Assembly (NCBI GenBank): GCA_002269645.1
Contig: NIVC01001310.1
Span: 186,001-250,000 of the forward strand
DNA: 64,000 nucleotides
Source: Macrostomum lignano
Lineage: Eukaryota
Direction of reading: 5' to 3'
Program-made: the position numbers and the translations under genes
The notes under the pieces: generated by a model
Told to the model about the DNA's origin: nothing
The model's database searches: none
Seen by the model: the letters and a program-made list of their open reading frames with translations, nothing else
Part shown: one piece after another, positions 1-12,800 of the stretch
Numbering within the stretch: position 1 is the first letter of the stretch
Layout: each line of letters opens with the position of its first letter

Positions 1-116
1 TCAGTGTGAGGAGATGAGGGAATGCAGTGACAAGGAAGCGCATCTTTTCCATTGCGCACTTTCCAAATTTGAATTATTTCGCCATTCTAACCTTTCATTC
101 GTCTCTCCGACTGAAG

Positions 117-1535
117 ACGAGCTCACGAGGCTAAGCAACAGCAGCAGCAACAGCAGCAGCCACAGCAGCCAATTCCTAAGTCCTCCAGCGCCTCTGCTGC
201 ATCCCAGTCGACAGTTTCTAAGAAACCCGAACAGCCGCCGGACGAGAAGAAGCCGACAGCCAGTTCAACTGTAATTAACAAAGCCACAGGTGAGTTGGCC
301 TACTCAGCCGATCCAGAGTGCTACAACGGCGCTGCCAGGGATGGCTACAGTTGGAGCCAGAGCATCACCGAGCTGGACATTCGAGTTAACGTCGATCGTT
401 CGCTGGCCAGCAAAGGCTCCGATGTTCGCGTGAATGTCGGTAGGAAATCGTTGAGGGTCGATTGTCGCAGCGGCGGTGGAGCTCGGGACTTCTCAACCGT
501 GTTGGATCGGCAGCTGTCCCACGAGGTTCGAGCTGAGGAGGCCGTCTGGTCTCTGGTGCCTAGCGACGGCGTGGTGCAGGTGAGCGAGCTGGAGTCCCAG
601 TGCCTGTCTCAGTGTCTGTATGAGTGTCCGTCTGAGTGTCTCTTAGTGTCTGTCTCAGTGTCTGTCTCAGTGCCCGTCTTAGATTCTGTCCTAGTGTCTG
701 TCCTAATGTCTGTCTTAGTGTCTTTCTTAGTGTTTGCTTCAGTGCCTGCCTTAGTGCTTGCTCAGTGTCTGCTTTTGTGTCCGTCTCAGTGTCTACCTTA
801 GTGCCTGTCGCAGTGTCTACCTTAGTGCCTGTCTCAGTGTCTACCTTAGTGCCTGTCTCAGTGTCTGCTTTTGTGTCCGTCTCAGTGTCTACCTTAGTGC
901 CTGTCGCAGTGTCTACCTTAGTGCCTGTCTCAGTGTCTACCTTAGGGCCTGTCTCAGTGTCTGCTTTTATGTCCGTCTCACTGTCTACCTTCGTGTCTGC
1001 CTTAGTGCCTGTCTCAGTGTCTGTCTTGGTGTCTGTCACAGCATGTCTGTCTCAATGCCTTGACTGTCTTAGTGTCTGTCTTACTCTTAGTGCCTGTCTC
1101 AGCTTCTACTTTAGTGTTTATTTTACTATCGTTCTGCGTTACTGTCTATCTGTCGTAGCTCGTAGTGCCTGAGTCTGTCAAAATTGAATTCCATAATTGC
1201 CCCCCCCCTTGCAGATCAGCCTAGAGAAAGTGCAGGAACGCTGGTGGGACTGCTGCTTCACTGGGGAAGAGAAAATCAATACCAGAGAGATCGACTGCTC
1301 GCGTCCTATGTCCGACTTAGACGAGGAGGCCCAAGCTAAAATCGACCAGATGATGTTCGACCAGCGCCAGAAGCAGATGGGCCTGCCAACTAGCGAAGAA
1401 GCAAAAACTTTGGACCTGTTGCGCAAAGCCTGGGACGCCGAAGGCTCGCCATTCAAGGGGACTCCGTTTGATCCGAGCGTGATTTCTAACCAGATGCCCG
1501 CTGATCTGTTGAAACAGCAGCAGCAGCAGCAGTAA
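117..1535 (+). CDS. NUDCD3: NudC domain-containing protein 3-like, last two coding exons (117-579, 1215-1535); 5' part lies upstream of the window
   Basis: CS/p23 domain (YNGA..YSWSQSITELDIRV..EEAVWSL) followed by ISLEKVQERWWDCCFTGEEKINTREID..DEEAQAKIDQMMFDQRQKQMGLPTS..LRKAWDAEGSPFKGTPFDPS, typical of the NudC family. Phase-0 intron CAG|GTGAGC at 580 to TTGCAG| at 1214. The exon start at 117 (CTGAAG|) is inferred. Confidence 0.9.
595..1110. repeat. Intronic minisatellite, ~12-bp CTTAGTGCCTGT/CTCAGTGTCT family
   Basis: Degenerate tandem array filling the NUDCD3 intron; produces the spurious ORFs 560-1039, 636-1172 and 758-1063. Confidence 0.85.
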
Positions 1536-1619
1536 CATCCAGTACAGTTATTGATCAAATTCAACCTCTAATTTGCTTGTTACTGCATCGATTTATTTAT
1601 ATTACTATTGATAGCTGGG

Positions 1620-1975
1620 TAAATTGGTAAGAAATGGGTAAGATAAGGCAGATAGGGATAGGGGAGACAAAATTGGAGATAGGGAGAGGGAGATAGGGAA
1701 GAGAGAGATAGGGGAGAGGGAGATAGGGGAGACGGAGATAGGGGAGACGGAGATGGGGGAGACGGAGATGGGGAAGAGGGAGATAGGGGAGACGGAGATA
1801 GGGGAGAGGGAGATAGGGGAGAGGAAGGCAGGGGAGGGGTAGATAGTTGAGAGGGAGATACATAAGAGGGAAATAGGGGAGAGGGTGATGGGGAAGAGGG
1901 AGATAAGGGAGAGGGAGACAGGGGAGACTGAGATAAGACAGAGGGAGATACATTACAGGTGGATAAGAGGGATAA
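1620..1975. repeat. Purine-rich ~15-bp tandem repeat (GGGGAGAGGGAGATA)
   Basis: Directly visible array. Confidence 0.85.
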
Positions 1976-2474
1976 GTAGATAATGGATAAGTGATTGTTA
2001 AGTGATACGGGGAGAAGTAGATAGCGTTGTGTGCAATGCAGAATATTTAACGGGGGTAGGAAGATTTTCATGTCACTTAGCAATATTAATCTTCCATACA
2101 CTACAGCCATAATCGGGTTATACTAAGCCAATACGAAAACAATAATTAAGTAATAAAAACTCGGTGTGAATAATCATTTTCATATTAGTAAGTATACATC
2201 GTTGTATCGCATTTATATTCTCTATTCATTTTTCGACTAATTTTCGCATCAATATAGTTTATACTACTTATTACACAACTTACTACTTATAATTATAGAA
2301 GTGGATTTGTAAACTTACTGAGTAATATTGCTGTGCATGCTAATAACGTACAAATAAACTGGATTTTGTCGATTCATTTATTAAAAATAATTATTTCTGT
2401 TCTTTTCTGTTGGCTACTACAGTTTTTCTTAGTAAGAAATAGGAAATACCTGTGTTGGACCACATATACTATTC

Positions 2475-2914
2475 TAGATGGGCCCACTCAGCACATTTGC
2501 GTGTAAACTACTTTCAGTTCAGTAGTAAGTAAAACTGAAGCATTTTAATGTACTTTTTAAAGCCAATGCTCGTTTATTAATTGGTTCTTACCCTCTTACC
2601 CCCCCCCAGCTTAAACACTCCAACCGAGCCTTTCCACACTACCCCACCCCAATTTTAATTGCCTTTCTCGGAATTCCAGCCTAAAGCTGCCATGTACATT
2701 TCAGTGGACTGGCCAATGTACATTATTGCTGAACCAATTAGCAAGCTGTTTACGCCTGCAAGCTTTGGGCTTCTAAACTTATCAAAGTCATTTCAGCTAC
2801 CTTTAGTTTTATAAAATAGCTTATGTATTCTTCTTTGCTACTGGCCTGAAAGTAGAAAGCTGTTTTACTAAGTATAAAGCCTGAGTGGCCCATCTAGTTA
2901 TTTTAATATCTATG
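2475..2914. mobile_element. MITE-like element, copy 1 (TIR GATGGGCCACTCAG)
   Basis: TAGATGGGCCCACTCAG at 2475 and CTGAGTGGCCCATCTA at 2881-2896; reverse-complement homologue at 19916-20337. Confidence 0.75.
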
Positions 2915-3052
2915 TGCTAGACTAGATTGTACTTGCAAATTTTGCCTTAAATTGTTTGCTTCCTGGCGTTTGAGCTGCTTCTTCGCGGCAGAAGCTGAAG
3001 CAACAACAACAATAATAATAACAACAAAAACAACAAGAGGAGTTGCGCCGAT

Positions 3053-3898
3053 ATGGAGGCCTTCAACAGCAAAGCTAGCGGAACTCGGATTCTAATAGCG
3101 GTGTTTTTCTCCTTGCTAGGCTTGGGCCTGCTGTCGCTATGCGTCAGTCTGGCCGAATTAATCATTGGCTGCCTGCATCTGACCAGACTGCGGTATTCCA
3201 ATGCGACTGGCAACTACCGCGGCGTTGCCATAGCAACGTATCTAATCGTCAGCGGCATATTTGGCTGCTTATTCAGCTGTTTGGCCAGTTGCAGTTGTTT
3301 TCGTCGAGACCGATTTGCTGCTAATGCTACTACTGCTACTGTTAGTAGTAGAGGCGGCAAAAATAATTGCTATCGTTGTTGCTTATTCACGGTAGCGAGC
3401 GTTGGCCACTTGTTCTCGTTGGCCTGGCTGACTGCGGGCTTCTATTGGGTTTATTATTTTGATGACGCAGATAGTGCACCGACTGACTTATCGACTGTGT
3501 CCTCTATGAGTACGCTGGACTATTCGAATTCTCCGCCTTTGACGTCGTCCTTGACAACAGCAGCAGCCGCAGCCGAGGCTTCCGGTTTGTCAACTTCAGC
3601 AGCCACTGCTGCTGCGGCGTCCGCCGCTCGTCCGTTGCTATGGCTCCGATTGGTTGTCAGCTGCCTAGAATTGGCTATAGTTGTTGCTATGCTGTTATGC
3701 TGCAACAATATTGGCAGTCACGTTTACAACAGCCATATAGAAGATTTCACAATCATAAGCGACAAAAGCCGGTCTAAAATATCCACAAATATTGTTGATA
3801 GCTCTGCTGTTAATGCTATCGAAGTAGAGGCCTTGCATTCTATGCAGCAAATGATGGGCGATGGTCATGACTTAATTTCAGCTTCACTCAAGTCTTAG
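3053..3898 (+). CDS. Intronless multi-pass membrane protein, TMEM272-like (281 aa)
   Basis: Clean ATG-to-TAG ORF with about four hydrophobic segments. LIIGC..IATYLIVSGIFG and LFSLAWLTAGFYWVY resemble the TMEM272 family pattern; family call from recall, no search run. Confidence 0.7.
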   Translation: MEAFNSKASGTRILIAVFFSLLGLGLLSLCVSLAELIIGCLHLTRLRYSNATGNYRGVAIATYLIVSGIFGCLFSCLASCSCFRRDRFAANATTATVSSRGGKNNCYRCCLFTVASVGHLFSLAWLTAGFYWVYYFDDADSAPTDLSTVSSMSTLDYSNSPPLTSSLTTAAAAAEASGLSTSAATAAAASAARPLLWLRLVVSCLELAIVVAMLLCCNNIGSHVYNSHIEDFTIISDKSRSKISTNIVDSSAVNAIEVEALHSMQQMMGDGHDLISASLKS

Positions 3899-4020
3899 TA
3901 ACGACCTTGATTACGCTGTGGGGACGCGCTGTATTTACTAATTAACAATTCAACGGCGCCTTGCAAGCTATTAAAAGTATGCGTTTTTGCAATTTGTTTT
4001 GATTAGTTATGCAAATACGC

Positions 4021-4526
4021 CCTGACTGACTGGTGCCATAGACAGTGCAACTGATAATAAGGCTGGCTGTAGACAGCAGATACACCCTGACTGACTGGTG
4101 CCATAGACAGTGCAACTGATAATAAGGCTGGCTGTAGACAGCAGATACACCCTGACTGACTGGTGCCATAGACAGTGCAACTGATAATAAGGCTGGCTGT
4201 AGACAGCAGATACACCCTGACTGACTGGTGCCATAGACAGTGCAACTGATAATAAGGCTGGCTGTAGACAGCAGATACACCCTGACTGACTGGTGCCATA
4301 GACAGTGCAACTGATAATAAGGCTGGCTGTAGACAGCAGATACACCCTGACTGACTGGTGCCATAGACAGTGCAACTGATAATAAGGCTGGCTGTAGACA
4401 GCAGATACACCCTGACTGACTGGTGCCATAGACAGTGCAACTGATAATAAGGTTGGCTATAGACAGCAGATACACCCTGACTGACTGGTGCCATAGACAG
4501 TGCAACTGATAATAAGGTTGGCTATC
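4021..4526. repeat. 65-bp tandem repeat, ~8 copies
   Basis: CCTGACTGAC recurs at 4021, 4086 and onward; near-identical units. Confidence 0.95.
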
Positions 4527-5164
4527 GACACATTTATTGGTGGCATCTTGACAGTTGCTATTAAATATAGTATGCATGTAATGCGTCATAAATAAGTAAT
4601 TTATCATTCTTCTTTATAAGTTGTTATTTTTAATTTGTGTTATGCCGTCTACTGAAGTGTTAAAATCGGAAATTTTTGCGAGCAATAAGTTCAAGTTATT
4701 TATCTACTTCCATTATTTATCTACATTGTATATAATTCTAAAGGCTCTAATTAAATTTTTAGTTTATATTATTCGGCCATTTTTTACGAATATTGGATTC
4801 CTTCTTATCAAAACTTTTATCTACTATTATCCGCTTTGATTAAATTGATAATTTTTCAATTTTAAATGAAGCAAAATAAAAAAAATGTTTTTTTTTAAAA
4901 AGCAGTCTATCCAACGAAGATAAAGCTCCTATATTTTTCTGTTTTGGTGACCTTTGTTTTCCACAGCCACAGTCGCAAAGACACTTGAACTGCACTGCAC
5001 TTTGCTAAATACAGAGTTTTTTCTGTCGCTAAAATTTTCTTTTAAAAAACAAGCGATACTTATTACACGGTTTATATTATTTTTTAAAACGTTTTGTTTT
5101 ATCGTTTTGAAATTGTTTTTTCGGGGCAATGTTAGCTAGCCGGATTAAAGTGTCTGGTGTTATG

Positions 5165-5990
5165 AATGTGATAATGAGTGACTGTTATTATTAGGGAATT
5201 AGGTGATAATGAGTGACTGTAATTGTTAGTGAATTAAGTGATAGTGAGTCACTTGTAATTGTTAGTGAATTAGGTGATAATGAGTGACTGTATTTATTAG
5301 GGAATTAGGTGATAGTGAGTCACTTGTAATTGTTAGTGAATTAGGTGATAATGAGTGACTGTAACTATTAGTGAATTAGGTGATAATGAGTGAGTGCAAT
5401 TATTAGTGAATTAGGTGATAGCGAGTGATTGTAATTTTTAGTGAATTAGGTGATAGTGAGTGACTGTAATTATTGTTGAATTAGGTGATAGTGAGTGACT
5501 GTAATTATTGTTGAATTAGGTGATAGTGAGTGACTGTAATTATTGTTGAATTAGGTGATAGTGAGTGACTGTAATTATTAGTGAATTAGGTGATAGTGAG
5601 TGACTGTAATTATTGTTGAATTTGGTGATAGTGAGTGACTTTAATTATTGTTGAATTAGGTGATAGTGAGTGACTGTAATTATTGTTGAATTAGGTGATA
5701 GTGAGTGACTGTAATTATTGTTGAATTAGGTGATAGTGAGTGACTGTAATTATTAGTGAATTAGGTGATAATGAGTGACTGTAATTATTAGGGAATTAGG
5801 TGATAGTGAGTGAATGTAATTATTAGGGAATTAGGTGATAATGAGTGACTGTAATTATTAGGGAATTAGGTGATAGTGAGTGACTGTAATTATTAGGGAA
5901 TTAGGTGATAATGAGTGACTGTAATTATTAGGGAATTAGGTGATAGTGAGTGACTGTAATTATTAGGGAATGTGATAGTGAGTGACTGGG
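5165..5990. repeat. 35-bp tandem repeat (GAATTAGGTGATAGTGAGTGACTGTAATTATTAGT)
   Basis: TGACTGTAAT at 5461 and 5496; array lies just upstream of the ELP1 start. Confidence 0.9.
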
Positions 5991-6143
5991 ATAAATGCAG
6001 ATAAAGAAATTATCAGACATAATGTGGTGCCATAAGGTAGTATGCAGTGTTATAATAGTTTTAGAGTTGTAATATCGACAATCATCACGTTTTCTGTCTT
6101 CGGTTTTGCTATTTTATTCACCTAAAAGACACGCATTAAAAGC

Positions 6144-6512
6144 ATGCAAAACCTCTGTTTAACCAGTGCTCAAAATTATGAGCTGTCAAAGTCGCTAACA
6201 GATTCTGGGAACTGGAACTCTTGGCCATTCCTATCTGAGAGTCAACTGGACTCGAATGCTATCTATCTAGCTAGCGATTCTCTGGTTGCTAAGGTCTGTC
6301 TTGTTGCCATAGGTGACGGCTCTCAATGCCAGGCATTGTCCTTGGCCGACTCTATGCCTGGTTACCATGACAACGCCGTAGCTTACAAACTGGTGAATTT
6401 GACTTGCGTGCTAAATGGCCAGGCGGATGACGAATGGCTCTGTCTGTGCACCACACACTGCATCTGCGCTGTGGAGTTCGGCCCTGCTGAGACTGGCTGT
6501 GAGCAGCCTAAG
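6144..6512 (+). CDS. ELP1: ELP1 exon 1
   Basis: ATG MQNLCL; donor AAG|GTGGGT, phase 0. Confidence 0.8.
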
Positions 6513-7823
6513 GTGGGTTGGACAGAATGACAATGAGTCCCATGAGAATCCCCATGAAAATGCGCATTCCCCATGAGAATCCTCATTGATGAGAATCCCC
6601 AGTCCCCATGAGAATCCTTATTGATGAGAATCCCCAGTCCCCATGAGAATCCTCATTGATGAGAATCCCCATTCCCCATGAGAATCCTTATTGATGAGAA
6701 TCCCCATTCCCCATGAGAATCTTCATTCCCAATGAGAATCCCCATTCCCCATGAGAATCTTCATTCCCCATGAGAATCCCCATTCCCCATGAGAATCCTT
6801 ATTGATGAGAATCCCCATTCCCCATGAGAATCTTCATTCCCCATGAGAATCCCCATTCCCCATGAGAATCTTCATTCCCCATGAGAATCCCCATTCCGCA
6901 TGAGAATCCCCATGAAAATGCGCATTCCCCATGAGAATCCTCATTGATGAGAATCCCCAGTCCCCATGAGAATCCCCAGTTCCCATGAGAATCCCCAGTT
7001 CCCATGAGAATCCCCAGTCCCCATGAAAACCCCCAGTCCCCATGAGAATCCTCAGTTCCCATGAGAATCCCCAGTTCCCATGAGAATCCCCAGTTCCCAT
7101 GAGAATCCCCAGTCCCCATGAGAATCCCCAGTCCCCATGAGAATCCCCAGTCCCCATGAGAATCCCCAGTCCCCATGAGAATCCCCAGTCCCCATGAGAA
7201 TCCTCAGTCCCCATGAGAATCCCCAGTCCCCATGAGAATCCCCAGTCCCCATGAGAATCCCCAGTCCCCATGAGAATCCCCAGTCCCCATGAGAATCCCC
7301 AGTCCCCATGAGAATCCCCAGTCCCCATGAGAATCCCCAGTCCCCATGAGAATCCCCAGTCCCCATGAGAATCCCCAGTCCCCATGAGAATCCCCAGTCC
7401 CCATGAGAATCTTCATTCCCCATGAGAATTCCCAGTCCCCATGAGAATCCCCAGTCCCCATGAGAATCCCCAGTCCCCATGAGAATCCCCAGTCCCCATG
7501 AGAATCCCCAGTCCCCATGAGAATCCCCAGTCCCCATGAGAATCCCCAGTCCCCATGAGATTCCCCAGTTCCCATGAGATTCCTCAGTACCATCGATAGC
7601 CGTTCAACGCCAGTCTCCCATTCACCGTCTCGCTGCAGCTGCAAGTGATGGGAGAGTTCGACAACGAGATTCTGGCGGTGTCCTGGAGTCCCGGCTGCGA
7701 CAGTGTGGCATTCGTGACTGGCAACAGGCGGCTGCTGCTGATGGACAGCCAGTTCGAGCCGCTGTGGGAAGCCGAGCTGGATCAGGCAGGCTTCGGCCGG
7801 GGTGAGGCTGATGTCTGTCTGCC

Positions 7824-7908
<85 letters not shown>

Positions 7909-9488
7909 GCCTGCCTGCCTGTCTGTCTGTCTGTCTGTCTGTCTGCCTGTGTCTCCATGTCACCCCCTTCTATCGGCAGTTCCCAATTCCCAACCTCCCA
8001 ATTCCAGAGGCCTTCATCAACGTGGGCTGGGGCAAGAAAGAGACTCAGTTCCACGGTAGCGCCGGCAAAGCAGCTGCAGCGCAGCCAAAAGAGGTGCATG
8101 ACAGCCGTTTGGAATATATATTTATAATATGAATATTTATCTGCCAATGTGCAACTTCGATGCCACCTTACCCATCTAGTGGGATCTTACACTATCTAGT
8201 GGAATCTCACACTATCTAGTGGAATCTCACACTATCTAGTGGAATCTCACACTATCTAGTGGAATCTCACACTATCTAGTGGAATCTCACACTATCTAGT
8301 GGAATCTCACACTATCTAGTGGAATCTCACACTATCTAGTGGAATCTCACACTCTCTAGTGGAATCTCACACTATCTAGTGGAATCTCACACTATCTAGT
8401 GGAATCTCATACTCGATCCAGTGGAATCTCACACTAGATCCAGTGGAATCTCATACTCGATCCAGTGGAATCTCACACTCTATCCAGTGGAATCACACAC
8501 TCGATCCAGTGGAATCACACTCGATCCAGTGGAATCACACACTATCTAGTGGAATCTCACACTATCTAGTGGAATCTCACACTATCTAGTGGAATCTCAC
8601 ACTATCTAGTGGAATCTCACACTATATCCAGTGGAATCTCACACTATTTAGTGGAATCTCACACTCTATCCAGTGGAATCTCACCCTGCTCCCCACCCAC
8701 ATCCCCTATCCTGCCTAGGTCGCCCCCGCCCCCTCTGCGCCGTGGGACACCGGGCGGGTGGGCATCTCGTGGCGCGGCGACGCCGCAGTCCTGTGCACCT
8801 CCATCGTTGGCGCGGCCACTGGAGTCCGCCAGATTCGGGTCTGGTCGCCGCAGGACGCTGGCGCTCTGCTGGCAACCAGCGACTCTTCCTGCTCGGGGCT
8901 CGAATGGGCGCTGGACTGGCGGCCCAGCGGGTCGCTGATTGCGGCTTCCAGACGGCGCCTGACAGACGGCCAACTTCAAGTGCAGCTGTTGGAGAGGAAC
9001 GGCCTGTGTCACGGAGAGTTTAGCGTGCGAGCAACTACTGACACTACTGATGTGAGTAGTAGTGTAGCTATAATTCAATTTCAAACTATTTTCTCCGCCA
9101 TGGTCCGGGGCCGGAGAGAGGGTGGATAGTCAGGGCGGCTTTACACCCTATGTGAGCATCTGTATGAGTGCGTGCCTTTATGACTACAGTGTATACTTTT
9201 CAGATTGAGCGGATACAATGGAATTCCAGTTCGGAGCTTCTGCTTGTGGAGCTGATTGATCGAGTGGATTCTAATGGACCGAAAACTGGTAATTTGGCAC
9301 TGCTGCTGCGGATGCACTGCTGCAATGCCGAAAGATTGAAGTACAGACCATTTAGACTACAGACGATAGAACAGGGACTGGGACCGACATTGAGACAGGC
9401 AGTAAGACAGGTGCTGAGACAGGCATTAGCATGGGCACTACGACAGACAGACAGACAGACAGACAGACAGATAGAAAGACAGATAGGC

Positions 9489-9555
<67 letters not shown>

Positions 9556-9560
9556 TAGGC

Positions 9561-9651
<91 letters not shown>

Positions 9652-9660
9652 TAGACAGGC

Positions 9661-9705
<45 letters not shown>

Positions 9706-9798
9706 TACAGACAGAGACAGGCAGACAGACAGACAGACAGACAGACAGAGACAGGCAGACAGGCATACAGACAGACAGACAGAGACAGGCAGACAGGC

Positions 9799-9835
<37 letters not shown>

Positions 9836-12800
9836 TACAGACAGAGACAGGCAGACAGACAGACAGACAGACAGACAGAGACAGGCAGACAGACATACAG
9901 ACAGACAGATAGAGACAGGCAGACAGGCAGACAGACAGACAGACACGCAAATCTAAAACAGCAATCCGTATCTGCTCCCTGCAGTGCAGCTGTGGAGCAG
10001 CTGCAATTATCACTGGTACCTGCGCTGGTCCAGCAGCTACCCCAGACAGACCGTGGTAAACTGGAGCAGTTCTCACTGGTGCAGCCTGAATGTGCTGGAC
10101 CAAACCAAAGGCAGACTAATCAGGCTGAGATTTCACTGGGAAGTGAGTCGATGCCGGAGTCAGCTGCCCGAGTGCAACACAGTTTTGCCAGTCATCGACG
10201 GATGTGAGTGTCAATTTTACCAATATTTGAACAAACTTTTGGAAAGAATTTCTACAAATCTTTAATTTTGAAGTGCCAAGTTAGCAGCAGTGGAACCAGT
10301 TAATAATACTTTCATATGGGCTTACATTCTTGTTCAAAACTTGCTTTGTTCCAATAATAACAATAAAATAATAGAAATTCTGGCTACCTGCACGCAGTTT
10401 GCAGAGCCAGCACTGTCCAGTATAAACACAGTCTTTAGTCCGGAAGCTCGCCTCTCCAAAATCTCTACGGCTAACAAATCACCACGTCTAGAAAAAGCGT
10501 TTGACGGTGGGTTCAAAGCCTTCTGCTGCAAAGCTGCAGGCACGCCGCGCTGCTGCCGTACCGAGCCAGTCAGCAGGGTTCCTCGTTGCAGCAGCCATTC
10601 AGCAAGTCGTGCAGACGAAAACCAAGTGTCGCAAAAAATTCTGTAGCCGAGGTCCAGGATTTCACGTGACAGTTCAACAACGATACGTTCGGAGAGCGAC
10701 AACTGCGGTGCATCTTGGCCGAATAAGTTGTTTTGGGCCACCGTTGAACAAGAAAGTTCCATAAGTAGCTGCTGCTTGATTCCGCTAGACAGTATAACTT
10801 GATGCCAAGTTTCGCTTTCTTGTTCGGCATGTAGTGGCGAAGATGAAGCCTGCCTTTGAAAAGTACCAATAACTCGTCGATCGAAATGTTCTGCTGTAGC
10901 ATATATTTGTTCTAGCAGATCGCCTGCACCAACTTCAGAAATGGTCGAATCTTGCACAAAGGGTCAGCCTCGTCAACCTCAGCACAGTTGTAGCAACGAA
11001 ACCAAGTCAATATAAGTTGGAATCTGTTTCGCGAAAGGCAGGACTGCGCATGATAAAAATCCTGGCGATAAACAGGATCCATTGACCAGTATTGGCTGAT
11101 ATCAGGCTTTTGCACCAGACCCGTGTGTAGCAGGATGCCACTAAACTTTTTTCATCTCGTTCATATTTCATGGTTTCCAGCTACGCAGTTTCCATGGCAA
11201 CTCTCCGCCACCCTGCTGAACCTGCTGAATCTCCATAGCTGCTCTGCTATTTGTCCAGTCGCACAAGGACTGTACGAAACTGTCAGGAAGGAACTGTCCA
11301 ATGATAGCCGAGATTCCATTCTCGATGGCCCCTGGCACTATGAAGTTTGGATGAAAGCCAGATATTCCGAAAAATTCGGGAACTGGGTTTGGCCGAATAT
11401 CAGTTTCCGTGCTTGTATCATGCCAGTTTTCGTCAGCTTCTGCTTGCTGAGCTTCGTCAGGACCACTGGCCTTGCTATTGTTTGATCCATCATCATTGTC
11501 AAGTGCGGTCGCAAATGAGTCATCATCTGAATCACTGTCCAAGATGAAGTTCTGTAGATCTGAGCCGGCGGCTTGCATTGTCTCATGCGCAATTGGCCAA
11601 GGCAATATGTTTATATGATCTGCTGTCTCTGTTACTGGTCTAATTGAAATTCATAGACTATATGATCTAAACTAAATTCGATGCCATGTACAAATAGGCA
11701 AGGCAGTCGCAAACCTGATATCTATGGTAATTACTGCTCTCTTTTCAATTGCATAGATTTCATAGTTGAACAGAGAAAAGAAAATCAATATTACAGAGTG
11801 TCTGGGTTATTGGCCATAGACTATCTGAATTCGACTCAAGAAAAATATTTTTCTTCAGCACCCGACCATCTACTCTGGTACAGATTCAACTCATACTACT
11901 TACTTTTTGGCTCTAAAAACTGTGGGAGGGTAAGGGAGTGAGACGTGCCTCAAGCTTTTTTAGCTTCTGCTTGAACACTCTATGGCAGCAGAGCTGCTGT
12001 GGGAGGTAATGGGTGTGAGCAAAAATAGGCACGGGAGGCTAGTGGTTAAACACTCTATGACAGCAGAGCTGCTGTGGGATGTAACGGGTGTGAGCAAAAA
12101 TAGGCGCAGGAGGCTAGTGGAAGTGTAGACTGCTATGGAACGAAATAAAGCCAAGAATTTTATGAAGTAAAAAATACATAGGCTGGCTATAAAGTATTAA
12201 AGAATAAAACAAAGATAAATTTATTGAAGCTGCAGCAATCATCTGAGATGATTTAGTTGACAGTAATTAATTTTACTTACCTGCTATCAGTCAAAGCCAA
12301 ATCCTGGGCAGAAATTCTTTTTAACTGCAAAGCTTACATTTTTCCGTGCTAGCTGTTGCTGAACAGAGTGTGTATATTAGAGTATAAAGGCTTGGGTCGA
12401 AAACAGTCTTGAGACAGTTTTTGAGACAAAAATTTTGTTTATTTGCACGAACATAGAAGGAAACGCATTATGTCAGAGCCATTAATTTTTAATAACGAAA
12501 GATAACTCAGTAAATTAATTTCAAAACTGTTTCTACTAAACATATTGTGGCGAAAGCTTCATCCAAATTGACCGAACCAATTATGTCTCAAATATTTTCA
12601 ACTGAGGATAATAAAGAAACCGAATTAATAGCAGCTCCTGCCCTGCATGACGGAGAAGGGAAGCCTTGCTGAGTAGACTGCCGTTATGAATGAGCAAAGT
12701 CAGTTCGCATGCCAACTGGCAAAGCAAGCAACTCAGCAAAGCGCCGGAGTTCCTAGGCAGGCAGTGCAAACGATTGAACAGTCCTTTTAGTTCGAACTTA

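Noticed and set aside
4003-4607. Repeat-protein ORFs in three frames, or a CRISPR-like array
   Set aside because: Identical 65-bp tandem units without unique spacers, in a eukaryotic context with no cas genes.
6085-6143. Spliced-leader acceptor or operon linking the TMEM272-like gene and ELP1
   Set aside because: A pyrimidine-rich tract and AAAG| precede the ATG, but without transcript data this cannot be distinguished from an ordinary 5' UTR or intron.
6799-7644. [10 protein letters not shown] repeat ORFs
   Set aside because: 19-bp minisatellite in ELP1 intron 1.
9168-10103. CLSV / TDRQ repeat proteins (also at 7622-8147, 38846-39249 and 43607-43999)
   Set aside because: Translations of (TCTG)n/(AGAC)n microsatellites.
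10143-10148. GTGAGT as the ELP1 exon 6 donor
   Set aside because: The conserved VIDG motif lies downstream, and the phase only matches exon 7 when the donor at 10204 is used.
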